Source of the DNA: a virus
Lineage: Duplodnaviria; Caudoviricetes
DNA length: 64,000 nucleotides
Direction: 5' to 3' (one strand)
Virus record (IMG/VR): IMGVR_UViG_3300037602_000018
Span: 39,050 to 103,049 of that record
In this document: in pieces, positions 29,938 to 39,469 of the stretch
Layout: the number at the start of each line of letters is the position of its first letter
How positions within the stretch are numbered: the stretch's first letter is position 1
Position numbers and translations under genes: made by a program
Notes under the pieces: model-generated
Seen by the model: only the letters and a program-made list of their open reading frames with translations
Databases searched by the model: none
Told to the model about the DNA's origin: nothing

Positions 29938-30581
29938 TTTAATATTTCATTTAATTTTTCTTTAACAGTACCTTCAATTTCTGTTTTTATATAAGAAAGT
30001 TCTACGTCAGTAAATTTTTCATCTTGGTGTGTAGCTATACTACTGAACACTAAAACATCATTATCTGCATCTATAGCTTTTCTAAATAAATGTCTTATTT
30101 TAGAATGTTTAACTCCTTCTTGAATATAAAAATTTTTTAAAAGAGAATTTTCCATTGTGTCAGTTTCTAATAATATAGTTTTACTAGGACTTAATTCTGC
30201 TTTTTTTAACATTATCTTATAAGAAGTATCTACATTGATATTTCTATATCTTTGTCCTGCTTCAATAGTTTCATCTTTATTTTTAAACCTTTCAAAGATA
30301 ACAGTAACTCTATTAAAAGATTCTTTACCATTTACAGCTATTAATACTAAAAATCTATCGGCTTTAGTATTAATAAAAATACGAGAAACTGATTTATGTA
30401 TTTCACGAATACTATCTAAACTTATAAGTTTATCAAATATATTTAATTTAATTTCAATTTCCTTATTTTCTTTTTCAAGATTATTATTTTTTACTTTTAA
30501 TTTTTTAATTTCTCTCATATGTGCTAAATAACCTAATACTAAAGTTACTAAAGCAGGGATAGCAATTGTCAAAAATTCCAT
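29934..30581 (-). CDS. Putative holin/antiholin: N-terminal TM, coiled coil, possible GAF-like domain
   Basis: Single N-terminal TM followed by a soluble domain (ADRFLVLIAVNG); sits between endolysin and spanin. Confidence 0.5.
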   Translation of the reverse strand: MEFLTIAIPALVTLVLGYLAHMREIKKLKVKNNNLEKENKEIEIKLNIFDKLISLDSIREIHKSVSRIFINTKADRFLVLIAVNGKESFNRVTVIFERFKNKDETIEAGQRYRNINVDTSYKIMLKKAELSPSKTILLETDTMENSLLKNFYIQEGVKHSKIRHLFRKAIDADNDVLVFSSIATHQDEKFTDVELSYIKTEIEGTVKEKLNEILK

Positions 30582-31085
30582 TTATAAGTTGTCGTTTAGT
30601 AGTTTTAAAACTCTATTTCTCCATCCATTAATATATTTTATTAATGCAGGTTTAGCTAATATTATATCAATATATTTATTTAATCTAAAAAGTAAAAATC
30701 TTTCTTCTGAAATAAGTTTAGATGCTTTTATTGTATTTGGCCCTACTATTCCATCAGTTAAAGTACCTATAGCTTGTTGTAGAATTCTAATCCCTCCTCT
30801 TAAACCATGGTTAATAACTGAATCAAAAACACTTACTTGTAAATGTTTAGGTAATTTATCAATTCCAGCTTCTACCCAAAAATCTAAATAATAAATATCT
30901 TGAGCTTGTTTCAAAGTTAAATTTTTTATATCTAAATAAGGGTAACTATGAGCAGCAATTCCATATTTAGTGCCTTTTAATTCACCTTTACCAATTATAC
31001 CAGTAGTCCAGTTTCCCCTATCATCTGGGTCATTTGTATAACCACCTTCGTGACCTATTATTTCTTTAAAAGCTTTATTAAACAT
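30582..31085 (-). CDS. Endolysin, glycoside hydrolase family 108
   Basis: HEGGYTNDPDDRG, GTKYGI, FDSVINHG, DGIVGPNT, GWRNRV. Confidence 0.92.
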   Translation of the reverse strand: MFNKAFKEIIGHEGGYTNDPDDRGNWTTGIIGKGELKGTKYGIAAHSYPYLDIKNLTLKQAQDIYYLDFWVEAGIDKLPKHLQVSVFDSVINHGLRGGIRILQQAIGTLTDGIVGPNTIKASKLISEERFLLFRLNKYIDIILAKPALIKYINGWRNRVLKLLNDNL

Positions 31086-31116
31086 TTTAATGTATTGTTA
31101 ATAAAATTAATTTTTA

Positions 31117-31124
31117 CAAATATA
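31117..31124 (-). promoter_or_regulatory. Bacteroidota sigma-A -7 element (TAtaTTTG) upstream of the lysis genes
   Basis: Matches TAnnTTTG in the intergenic gap. Confidence 0.45.
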
Positions 31125-31126
31125 TA

Positions 31127-33919
31127 TTATTCTAAAATTACTGGTCTTGAATCCCAATCAGAAGTCCATTGCACTTGCTTAGTACCCCCTTCTGAATTGG
31201 TATATGTTTGTGTCCATGTTTCACCCACTACCGTTGTATTGGTTAGCGTGTAATCTTTTAGTTCGTTATAAAACTCCGTAACTAATTCACCCGAAGGTTT
31301 GAGTAATAAATTACCCAATGCAACTGAGGCATCTACCCTCCAAGCTATACCTGATGATGAATAAGTAGCAGCATTTACCCATTGGCTTAAATAAGTGTCT
31401 GAGAAATTGTTATCTCTAATATGGTAAAGATATATAGTTTTAGCATACTGCGCTCCTGTCAACAAATAGCGTAGATTATAGTTAGCTTGTCTAGCTAGTA
31501 ATAATGAATCAAACATTGGCCATACTATAGAATCATGGATATACTCAGCACTATCACCACTACCATCAATGTGATAAGAGAATATAGAGTCTGTTTCTTC
31601 GCTTATATAAACTCGGTTCAAATTCCAAGGTGCTAAGGCTGCGTCTGCCCCTGTTTCAGTATTAACAACAGGTATACCTAAACTGGCTCCTAAAGCCGCC
31701 ATTTCTTCTATTGATTCCAACCATTCAGTACCTTCGGGGGGTATAGAGTAAGCGTTAGGGTCATGTTGAAACCCTGACCGATTATTGCAATAAGAGTTGA
31801 AGCATATCATGTCAGCAGGGAATAAACTATCTGACCGATTGTGGTAAAACCAGTCGCGCATCATCTTGACATATCCAGGATTGTTAAAAGCCAAAGCGGG
31901 GCCAGCTACTATCATTTCAGGAGCCACATCTTTGATACCGTTACCATATTGTCCTTCATGCCCATCATATACCATACTTAGTGCTGCCGCTGCCGCGTGT
32001 GGTGTAAGATTGTGGTATGTTGTCCACCATGTTTTATCCCATTCATTCCAAGGTGAGAAGATTACAACAGTATCTAACCTGTTAGGCTGTTCAACAATCC
32101 ATTCGGCCATTCTAACATAAATTGCACGCATAGTATCCCATGTAGCTGGGTTGGTCTGTAACTCTTTATTTTGTCGGGTTGTAAGAGTGGTGTCCCAATA
32201 CATATAAGGTTCTTCTCCTATGGGGGTATGTGTAGGGTAAGTAGATGTAAATTGATTTAGATTCTTTATAGGCGAAATCATAAGCTTGCCCCCTCTTGCC
32301 TGAAACTTTTGTATTTGGTCTATCTCTAAAGCTCCAACCGCTCCAAATTTATTAAGGCTATTATCGGTATTAATAGTCTTATTCATTTCTACGTAGGTAC
32401 GACTGCCCGCAAAAGGGTTAATGTCAAATATGTTTCTGAATACTGAATCTACAGATTCTCTATGGTCATAATCATGAGTATTGATACTCCAAGCTTGTTT
32501 TACGGGTACGTTTGGTAGTTCAGGATGAAACTCTTCTACTGTATCTATACGCACACCAAAAGCTTGAATTTCATTAATACCTGTTATAATAGCACTCCGA
32601 TTAAGTATAATGTATCGAATAGTATCATCTATGGTCACCGTTTTAGTTCCTAGATAGGTGTCTAAATTAACTCTTGTAATACTATCTAACTCAAACATAT
32701 TTTTCTTACCTATCCATATATCTACAGTAGGGCTTCCTGTACCATCTTTAATTTTTAAAGCCTCTACATAGCACTTTCCATGAAGGTCTATAATTAAAGT
32801 ATGCCCTGTAAGACCTGTGCCGTCAATTAATTCATAACTCATGGATATAAAACCACCACTAAACACATCGTTGGTATTGGTTATCCCATCAAATAAAAAT
32901 TTGGATTGTACAGGTACAGTGGGAGCATTGGACAGTACCATTTTATGAGAAAGCCTAAGTTGCCCCTCAGTTAATACAGGGGGTGGTGGGTCTATTGGGT
33001 CAGGAGAATCGTTACCTTCTTTAGGCTCTAAATTCTGTATATCTTCTACAGCAGTCTTCCATATTTCATAAAACTTTTCTTGCTTAGAGTCTGATATATA
33101 ACTACCATAAAAAGCTCCCAAGAAATCATGACTACATGGCCCACCAGCAGAACCATTTAAATTTGCTGCTAAAATGTAATGTTCTATACGACTTAAACCT
33201 GTTATTACAGCAGTACTTGAGTGAATTTCCTCACCATTTAAAAATATCTTTCTTGTAGTACCTTTTCTTGTAAATACTATAAAATTGTTAGAACTAGCTG
33301 GAAAAGAAGAGAATACAGCACTGGTAGCATCACTGAATCTAGCAGTTCCACTGGCTCTAAATACCAAATCAATATCAGGATTAGGTGTACTTTCCCTTGA
33401 ACCCATAGCCCAATCACCATCTATAGTAGAACCTTGTATTTGAATATAGGCACCAAATGAAAATGAATCTGCTTTAAAATGACTGGCGTTACTATCAGGT
33501 ATAAAATGAGTACGTAAATAAGCTCCTGAAGCATTAGGTCTAAAACCTAATTGAGGACTATATTCTACATCACCTACTATAGTACTATGTCCAATATTAC
33601 TAGCATAATTTCTTAAACCAAAATCTTCACTAGTGTTATTTGTAAATTTATACAACCTGTCAAATTCTAAATTCAACGAATCTAATCTTCTTACAAAATC
33701 ACTATTAATTAAATTTTCATCGTTTTCAGGAGTCTCTAATCCATCTGAAATAGCAGAGTCTAATACAGCTATATATTTAACATGATATAAATCACTTAAT
33801 CGAACTGTGTCTAATATTCGATTTGATTTCTCAGCATTAGCTAAATTTATAGGAATTATTGTTTGAGCTTGTATATTAAATACAATAAATAATAAGAAAA
33901 CTATATATCTTTTCATCAA
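31127..33919 (-). CDS. Secreted multidomain protein: LamG/ConA-like + beta-sandwich + clan GH-A glycoside hydrolase
   Basis: Signal peptide ...FNIQA/Q; RKIFLNGE; Pro linker (PDPIDPPPP); WNEWD acid/base and NTETGAD nucleophile motifs, AGPALA. Confidence 0.7.
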   Translation of the reverse strand: MMKRYIVFLLFIVFNIQAQTIIPINLANAEKSNRILDTVRLSDLYHVKYIAVLDSAISDGLETPENDENLINSDFVRRLDSLNLEFDRLYKFTNNTSEDFGLRNYASNIGHSTIVGDVEYSPQLGFRPNASGAYLRTHFIPDSNASHFKADSFSFGAYIQIQGSTIDGDWAMGSRESTPNPDIDLVFRASGTARFSDATSAVFSSFPASSNNFIVFTRKGTTRKIFLNGEEIHSSTAVITGLSRIEHYILAANLNGSAGGPCSHDFLGAFYGSYISDSKQEKFYEIWKTAVEDIQNLEPKEGNDSPDPIDPPPPVLTEGQLRLSHKMVLSNAPTVPVQSKFLFDGITNTNDVFSGGFISMSYELIDGTGLTGHTLIIDLHGKCYVEALKIKDGTGSPTVDIWIGKKNMFELDSITRVNLDTYLGTKTVTIDDTIRYIILNRSAIITGINEIQAFGVRIDTVEEFHPELPNVPVKQAWSINTHDYDHRESVDSVFRNIFDINPFAGSRTYVEMNKTINTDNSLNKFGAVGALEIDQIQKFQARGGKLMISPIKNLNQFTSTYPTHTPIGEEPYMYWDTTLTTRQNKELQTNPATWDTMRAIYVRMAEWIVEQPNRLDTVVIFSPWNEWDKTWWTTYHNLTPHAAAAALSMVYDGHEGQYGNGIKDVAPEMIVAGPALAFNNPGYVKMMRDWFYHNRSDSLFPADMICFNSYCNNRSGFQHDPNAYSIPPEGTEWLESIEEMAALGASLGIPVVNTETGADAALAPWNLNRVYISEETDSIFSYHIDGSGDSAEYIHDSIVWPMFDSLLLARQANYNLRYLLTGAQYAKTIYLYHIRDNNFSDTYLSQWVNAATYSSSGIAWRVDASVALGNLLLKPSGELVTEFYNELKDYTLTNTTVVGETWTQTYTNSEGGTKQVQWTSDWDSRPVILE

Positions 33920-33927
33920 TATTAGAT

Positions 33928-34806
33928 TTACGGAAGCATCGCTTCTATATCCGTTCTATTTGTTGTTTGATTAGAAGGGTAGACAATTACAAGTTTTATA
34001 GTACCTATCCAAAAAGAAGTACCTGAATGTCCACTACCCATTGTAACTCTACCTAATTGACCTGAACCTACATTCTTTGAGCCATAATCATTATTGTTTA
34101 TCCATAAGTTACTAGTAGTTGTATTAAATACAGCAAACCATACAGATTGTATTTGGAAAGGACTAACTGTCATGTAATCATTAATAGAACCTGCAAATAA
34201 ACGAGCATTAGCATCGCCATTTATACCCATTGCTTGTCTATGAGTAGCACTACCGTCTGTAATATAATGAGCATTCCCATCAGCAGCACTATCTCTGGTA
34301 GCTATAGCTATTCTTGTAGTAGGTTGTGCAATAGGCCCAAAAGTAGATGTTTGTAAATAATCATTACCATCAAATTTTAATACAGGTAAACTATCACTTC
34401 CTTTTACGAGTATACCACTTTCTACAATTTTTGGTTGATTAGCGTCTATGGTTTGAGTAGCATGTCTACCATTACCGCTCCAATCGTATAACCATGAAGC
34501 AAAACCATCGCCCCCACCAACAAATGTTTTAATAGATGAAGTATCTACCATTCCGTCTATTATGCCAAAGCTTTGACTAGAGTTGTCTAGGTTTCTTCTA
34601 ACAACAATTATACTGTCGTTATAGTTCTTATCTAACTGTATTAATGAAAATGCAGCAGAAGCTCCAGGATAATCATTCAATAACAAATTTGGAATATTAT
34701 CTGAACTAAATGAAGAAAATTGTACAGTATTAGCATTTGGACTTCTAAGTTGCCCAAATGCTTGTGTTATACATGATATTAATATTATTAATAAAATATT
34801 TTTCAT
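33928..34806 (-). CDS. Secreted LamG/ConA-like beta-sandwich protein
   Basis: Signal peptide ...TQAFG/Q; A.AAFSL..L, VRR..DN, W.YDWSGNGRHATQ...NQP, KFDGND. Confidence 0.7.
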   Translation of the reverse strand: MKNILLIILISCITQAFGQLRSPNANTVQFSSFSSDNIPNLLLNDYPGASAAFSLIQLDKNYNDSIIVVRRNLDNSSQSFGIIDGMVDTSSIKTFVGGGDGFASWLYDWSGNGRHATQTIDANQPKIVESGILVKGSDSLPVLKFDGNDYLQTSTFGPIAQPTTRIAIATRDSAADGNAHYITDGSATHRQAMGINGDANARLFAGSINDYMTVSPFQIQSVWFAVFNTTTSNLWINNNDYGSKNVGSGQLGRVTMGSGHSGTSFWIGTIKLVIVYPSNQTTNRTDIEAMLP

Positions 34807-36881
34807 TAATCAGCAGGTGTTAAAGCAAAATCTTCAAATCCATTATATATTTTACGTAAACCAGCTCCACTATATCTAGTACTAATGCTTGCACTGCCAT
34901 TAACAATACCGTTAATTCTAGTACTATTAATACATTGTATTTTAATAGGATTAGTTCCTGATATAAATAAATCTGCTACAGTAGTATAAGCAGGTACAGT
35001 TAATCCAGTATCTAAATAAATTGTTATTGTATCTGTATTAGCAGTACTATAAGTCCAGTTAGTTCTATTAAACCATTCATCAGTAATTGTATCATTTGCT
35101 GAGATTTCGTATTCACCATATGAAAAAGCAGTATTAATACTATCTATTCTAAGATTAGTAATACTATCATGATAACTAACAACGCTATCTATTTTAGAAT
35201 CAACTTCAGATTTAGTATAATAGTTATTTAAAGTACTATTATTTACTTTGTTATCTAAACTATCTTGTAAATTTACAACAGTACTAATAGCTTGTGTACC
35301 AGTATGATTACTCCTATTTAAATAATAAGCACCTGTTTGTCCATTTAAAGTACTCGCATTACTACTAGAACCACCTTCTATGCTCACAGCATTAGCCACA
35401 TAAAAAGTATCATTTACATACATTACAGAGGCAGTTGCTAATACAGTATCTGTATTTACTGAAACACCTCCAACTTTAATGTTAGAAGTTCCTTTTTGAA
35501 ATAAAAATAAACCTTCATCGCCATTATTCCAAAAGTTAGTTACGCTACCATTAGGTATAGATAAACTATTAAATGTGACTACAATAGTATCATTTGATAA
35601 ATTTTGAATATTACAAGTAGTATCAGATGTTGAAAAAGTAAAATCAGCCGTAACTTTTTTGTAACATGATTTAAAAGATGAGACAGAAGACCCTCCTCCG
35701 ACATTAATACTGTCTGCAAGGGTATCAAGTTTAGCTTGTACCCATTTAGCAGGAGGTATGGTATATGGAGTTACAGTAAAATTATTATTATAAGTACCAG
35801 GGTGATATTTAAACCCTTCATAAGAATTAAATGATGCGTGTCCTGTTTTATTTGAAAGAAGGTCTGAACTCCTAGTATTAACTGAAAAATACAAACTATC
35901 ACCATATGTTTGAAATTTTGAAAGATATGTACTTAAAGTACTAAGACCTGTTCTTTGTGAGCTATGTATGGCGCTATTTGGAGAATTTACTCTAAACGAC
36001 CTTAATCCAGTTAAGGCGATACTGCTATCTGTTAATGAAAAATCATAAGCCCTTTCAATATTAAAATACCTCTGGTGCTTTTCAAATGCTTCAGTTAATG
36101 TTAAACTGTCAATTTCATAATCAGATTTAAAATTATCCAAACTATCTAAAAACCTTGGTACTGTTACTAATTTAGTAGTATCTACTTCAACTTCATAATC
36201 AAAACCTGATTGACTTACATTAATACCAAAACCTGCTGATACAGTATCTTTTTCATTAGTAGGGTCTGAATCACCATCATCTATAGTAAACGTATCTCCT
36301 GTACCATTTGTAATAGTTCCAGTAATATTATTACCTACTTTATTAAAAGATATGTTTTGTAATTCATTTGTTACAGAAGAATCACCATCGTAAGGATTTG
36401 TAATAAATCCTACATCATTTGTAAATCCACTTAATACTGTAGGTACAACTGGAAATCTTGCTTCTAGAGCATTTAAAGAATCTTCTAACTCTGTTCTACG
36501 TATATACAGATTAGAGGAAAATCCTCCTAAACTATCTGCATTACCTACAGCACCTGAAGATATAGTAGAAATTGTATCTCCTGATATAACTATATTATTA
36601 CCTGCTATTATTCTTTTATTAACTCTTAATTCAATCCAACTACCTGAGTTAAATCTGTAAAAACTACTATCTAAAGGCTGATATACAACAAGCGTACTAT
36701 CTTTAAATTTATCAGGTACATCTGCTGTATCACTATAGTATTTAAAACCTCCTCCTACATTATAACTACGTATAGCAGAAAAATCACCAGTTGGTTCAAT
36801 AGCACCACTAGTACCTATTTTTACTTGAGCTTTTACATTAAAAACAAATAAACAAATTAAAAATATTAATATTTTATTCAT
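34806..36881 (-). CDS. Secreted tail-fibre-like protein
   Basis: Signal peptide ...FNVKA/Q; ADSLGG, VPTVLSGFTNDVGFIT, DGDSSVTNELQ, RSNHTGTQAISTV..LQ..L..K, YYTKSEVD fibre motifs. Confidence 0.7.
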   Translation of the reverse strand: MNKILIFLICLFVFNVKAQVKIGTSGAIEPTGDFSAIRSYNVGGGFKYYSDTADVPDKFKDSTLVVYQPLDSSFYRFNSGSWIELRVNKRIIAGNNIVISGDTISTISSGAVGNADSLGGFSSNLYIRRTELEDSLNALEARFPVVPTVLSGFTNDVGFITNPYDGDSSVTNELQNISFNKVGNNITGTITNGTGDTFTIDDGDSDPTNEKDTVSAGFGINVSQSGFDYEVEVDTTKLVTVPRFLDSLDNFKSDYEIDSLTLTEAFEKHQRYFNIERAYDFSLTDSSIALTGLRSFRVNSPNSAIHSSQRTGLSTLSTYLSKFQTYGDSLYFSVNTRSSDLLSNKTGHASFNSYEGFKYHPGTYNNNFTVTPYTIPPAKWVQAKLDTLADSINVGGGSSVSSFKSCYKKVTADFTFSTSDTTCNIQNLSNDTIVVTFNSLSIPNGSVTNFWNNGDEGLFLFQKGTSNIKVGGVSVNTDTVLATASVMYVNDTFYVANAVSIEGGSSSNASTLNGQTGAYYLNRSNHTGTQAISTVVNLQDSLDNKVNNSTLNNYYTKSEVDSKIDSVVSYHDSITNLRIDSINTAFSYGEYEISANDTITDEWFNRTNWTYSTANTDTITIYLDTGLTVPAYTTVADLFISGTNPIKIQCINSTRINGIVNGSASISTRYSGAGLRKIYNGFEDFALTPAD

Positions 36882-38127
36882 GATATGTTAAATTACTATT
36901 ACCTACTAACATCCAACCAATATACCTAGTTCCATCTGAATTACTCCAATCTGCAAATTTAGAATAAGCATTTCTTATATCTACTTTTTCTAAACACCAT
37001 TTGAAATAAGGTTTATTTATTTCATTTATTTCAAATGCCCAAGGTAAACCATCTCTAGTTTTATAAGTGCCATTGTAATCAGCACTTGTATAAAATCTAC
37101 TAGAATCTACTAAATTAGTCCCAGAATAATAAGGCATGTGCGTTTCACGGCCTCTTTCGTTGGTACGATAAATATAAAACTCTCCGTATAAATTACCTGT
37201 AACATTACTTTTAAAAGTAACTACCTTATTATATTGATGATAATTAGTTGTATTTAAACCGTTTATATTAGTATTATAGTATCTAGGAGATAAATCTCTT
37301 CGTACATCATTTGCTATATTTACACTATTATCAGCATCTGTAACAGATTGAATTATATCACTACCTCCATTTAAAAATCTAAGAGACAAACCACTTGAAG
37401 CACCTGCACCTAAAGCTAATATCTTACAATTTACTAAAGCATCTACGTATTCAAAATTTTTATTTAGTCGATATTCAATTATATTATCAGATACTAAATC
37501 ATTAAAATCTAAATCACCTCTACCAGGCCAAGTATCTTCAAAACACATTAAATTCTTATATACTCGTTTATAAGCTCTTAATGAATCAACAGGATAATCA
37601 TCTAATCTATCAGGCACACCATCACCATCAGTATCTAATTCAATTACTCTTCCTACGCATATATTATCTACATAACCTAAAGAATTCGTATATACGTAAA
37701 GTTGAATAAACTGAGAATTAAATGTATTTGTATATACATTAGTAATAGATACTCCATTATTTTTAGAAGGTGTTGTATATCCTAAAAAAGTACTATCACT
37801 AGAATAATGCATTATAAATAAAGAACCTCCTTCTGTATAATCATAAGCTATTCTATAAATTGCATCTGGATTTACAGGAAATGAATACTTAACTTTTCCT
37901 AAAGTTAATTTACCTTGGCTAATATTAGTATTATTTTCTTTATACCATATATTATTAGGTAATAATTTAGTATATACTTCGTTATTAGTATCTATAATAG
38001 GATTATTAAAATCTTGAGTTGTTATAGAACAACTAGTACTATTCTTCTTAATTTTATCTTTTGTGAATATATCTTTTTCACAAGCTACCGATAAGATAGC
38101 TAACATTAAAATATTTAAATATTTCAT
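36874..38127 (-). CDS. Lipoprotein with LruC/DUF4842-like domain
   Basis: Lipobox LSVA-C; DTDGDGVPDRLDDYP calcium-binding repeat; FEDTWP.RGD.DFNDLV; GLPWA; E..DI..AY.KF.DW. Confidence 0.8.
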   Translation of the reverse strand: MKYLNILMLAILSVACEKDIFTKDKIKKNSTSCSITTQDFNNPIIDTNNEVYTKLLPNNIWYKENNTNISQGKLTLGKVKYSFPVNPDAIYRIAYDYTEGGSLFIMHYSSDSTFLGYTTPSKNNGVSITNVYTNTFNSQFIQLYVYTNSLGYVDNICVGRVIELDTDGDGVPDRLDDYPVDSLRAYKRVYKNLMCFEDTWPGRGDLDFNDLVSDNIIEYRLNKNFEYVDALVNCKILALGAGASSGLSLRFLNGGSDIIQSVTDADNSVNIANDVRRDLSPRYYNTNINGLNTTNYHQYNKVVTFKSNVTGNLYGEFYIYRTNERGRETHMPYYSGTNLVDSSRFYTSADYNGTYKTRDGLPWAFEINEINKPYFKWCLEKVDIRNAYSKFADWSNSDGTRYIGWMLVGNSNLTYHE

Positions 38128-39083
38128 TGAATTTCTATTTGAGCGGACGTGTTAAATTTATTATTAGATACATATAAATAATAGTTAGTAGCTACACCTA
38201 ATGTATTTGTATGACTTACAGTTGTTCTGGTAAAAGCGGATATACTTGGAAAACCATTAATATATATTTCATCTATTTCTCCAAAGCTAACAGGAATTGC
38301 ATAGTAAAAATACTGTGTTCCTGTAGGGTTATTTGTTGCAAAAGATTTAATATAATTAGTAGCTAGTTCACCAGAACCATTATTTATTTCAGTTGGAGTT
38401 AAATTAGTAGAACCTGTTACTCCATATACATTATTATTATCAAAACCCCAATACCTTTTCCATCTCCAATTAACAGTATAATTACTAGATGTTAATAAAT
38501 TAGTAAGTGTATTTGTTGCTTCAGCTCTCCATGAATGTGAAGTAGCAGTATTTTTAGTAATTGAACCTATAGCTATAGATGCAGGGGATACATTTGAAAT
38601 ATTGCTAGTTAAATAAGAACCACTAGTAACATCGTATATATCTAAAGTATTAGTTGATACATTAGACGGATTAGATATAGACCAAGAGAATGTTTTAGAA
38701 CCTGTTAATATAGTACCTACTTCGACTGTTGAAGTTTGGTTCATAGTAAAAGATGTAAAACTAGGCGTAGCATAAGGAGTTAATAATTTTTCTATAATAT
38801 CATCATAACTCCCTGATATGTTATCACCTGCTTGATAACCTCCTAAATTTATTGTAGCAGGACTGTTACCTGAGTAAATACCTGAACCTCCGTTACCCGA
38901 AGGAATTGCCATAGTGTCTACGTAACCATCAGGTCTTACTACTAGCATTAAAGTATCAGAACCTTTTAATTTAGATATTTTAAGTCCGTGTACAAAATCA
39001 GGTATATATTGAAAATTTCTCACAAGTTGTCCTGAAAGATTAAAGCTTATTAAAGCAAATATTATAAATATTAATTTTTTCAT
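38124..39083 (-). CDS. Secreted Thr/Ser-rich phage structural-type protein
   Basis: Signal peptide ...FNLSG/Q; LGG..AG...IEKLL.PY..P and YFYYAIP.SFG...NGF motifs. Confidence 0.65.
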   Translation of the reverse strand: MKKLIFIIFALISFNLSGQLVRNFQYIPDFVHGLKISKLKGSDTLMLVVRPDGYVDTMAIPSGNGGSGIYSGNSPATINLGGYQAGDNISGSYDDIIEKLLTPYATPSFTSFTMNQTSTVEVGTILTGSKTFSWSISNPSNVSTNTLDIYDVTSGSYLTSNISNVSPASIAIGSITKNTATSHSWRAEATNTLTNLLTSSNYTVNWRWKRYWGFDNNNVYGVTGSTNLTPTEINNGSGELATNYIKSFATNNPTGTQYFYYAIPVSFGEIDEIYINGFPSISAFTRTTVSHTNTLGVATNYYLYVSNNKFNTSAQIEIQ

Positions 39084-39469
39084 TATTTAAACATTACAAT
39101 TCGTAAATAGTTTGTACCTAACATTTGATATGGAAACGTAATAGTACCTTGTGATAAATCTACAACAGCTTCTACTGAAGTATATCCTTCTTGACCATTT
39201 AAATAAACAAATACTTTTGAATCAGGATAACCTGCATAATCAGCAGCATCAGTAGTTAATTCATAAACATCAGTATCTGTAATTTCACCTGTTTCTACTA
39301 TAGCTCCTAAAGAACTACTCACTAAATCTATAATACCTGAAAAAGGTATTTTTATATTTTCATTAGAAAATTCATTATGTCCTACCAAATAAAAGAAAGA
39401 ATATTGTGGAGAAGCTATAATTTGAGCTACTGTTTGTAAAGTAAATTCTGAAAATTTTTTCTGTGCCAT
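39083..39469 (-). CDS. Putative fibre adaptor protein
   Basis: MAQKKFSEF N-terminus shared with 28174-29172; VFVYLNGQ...GTITF domain. Confidence 0.55.
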   Translation of the reverse strand: MAQKKFSEFTLQTVAQIIASPQYSFFYLVGHNEFSNENIKIPFSGIIDLVSSSLGAIVETGEITDTDVYELTTDAADYAGYPDSKVFVYLNGQEGYTSVEAVVDLSQGTITFPYQMLGTNYLRIVMFK

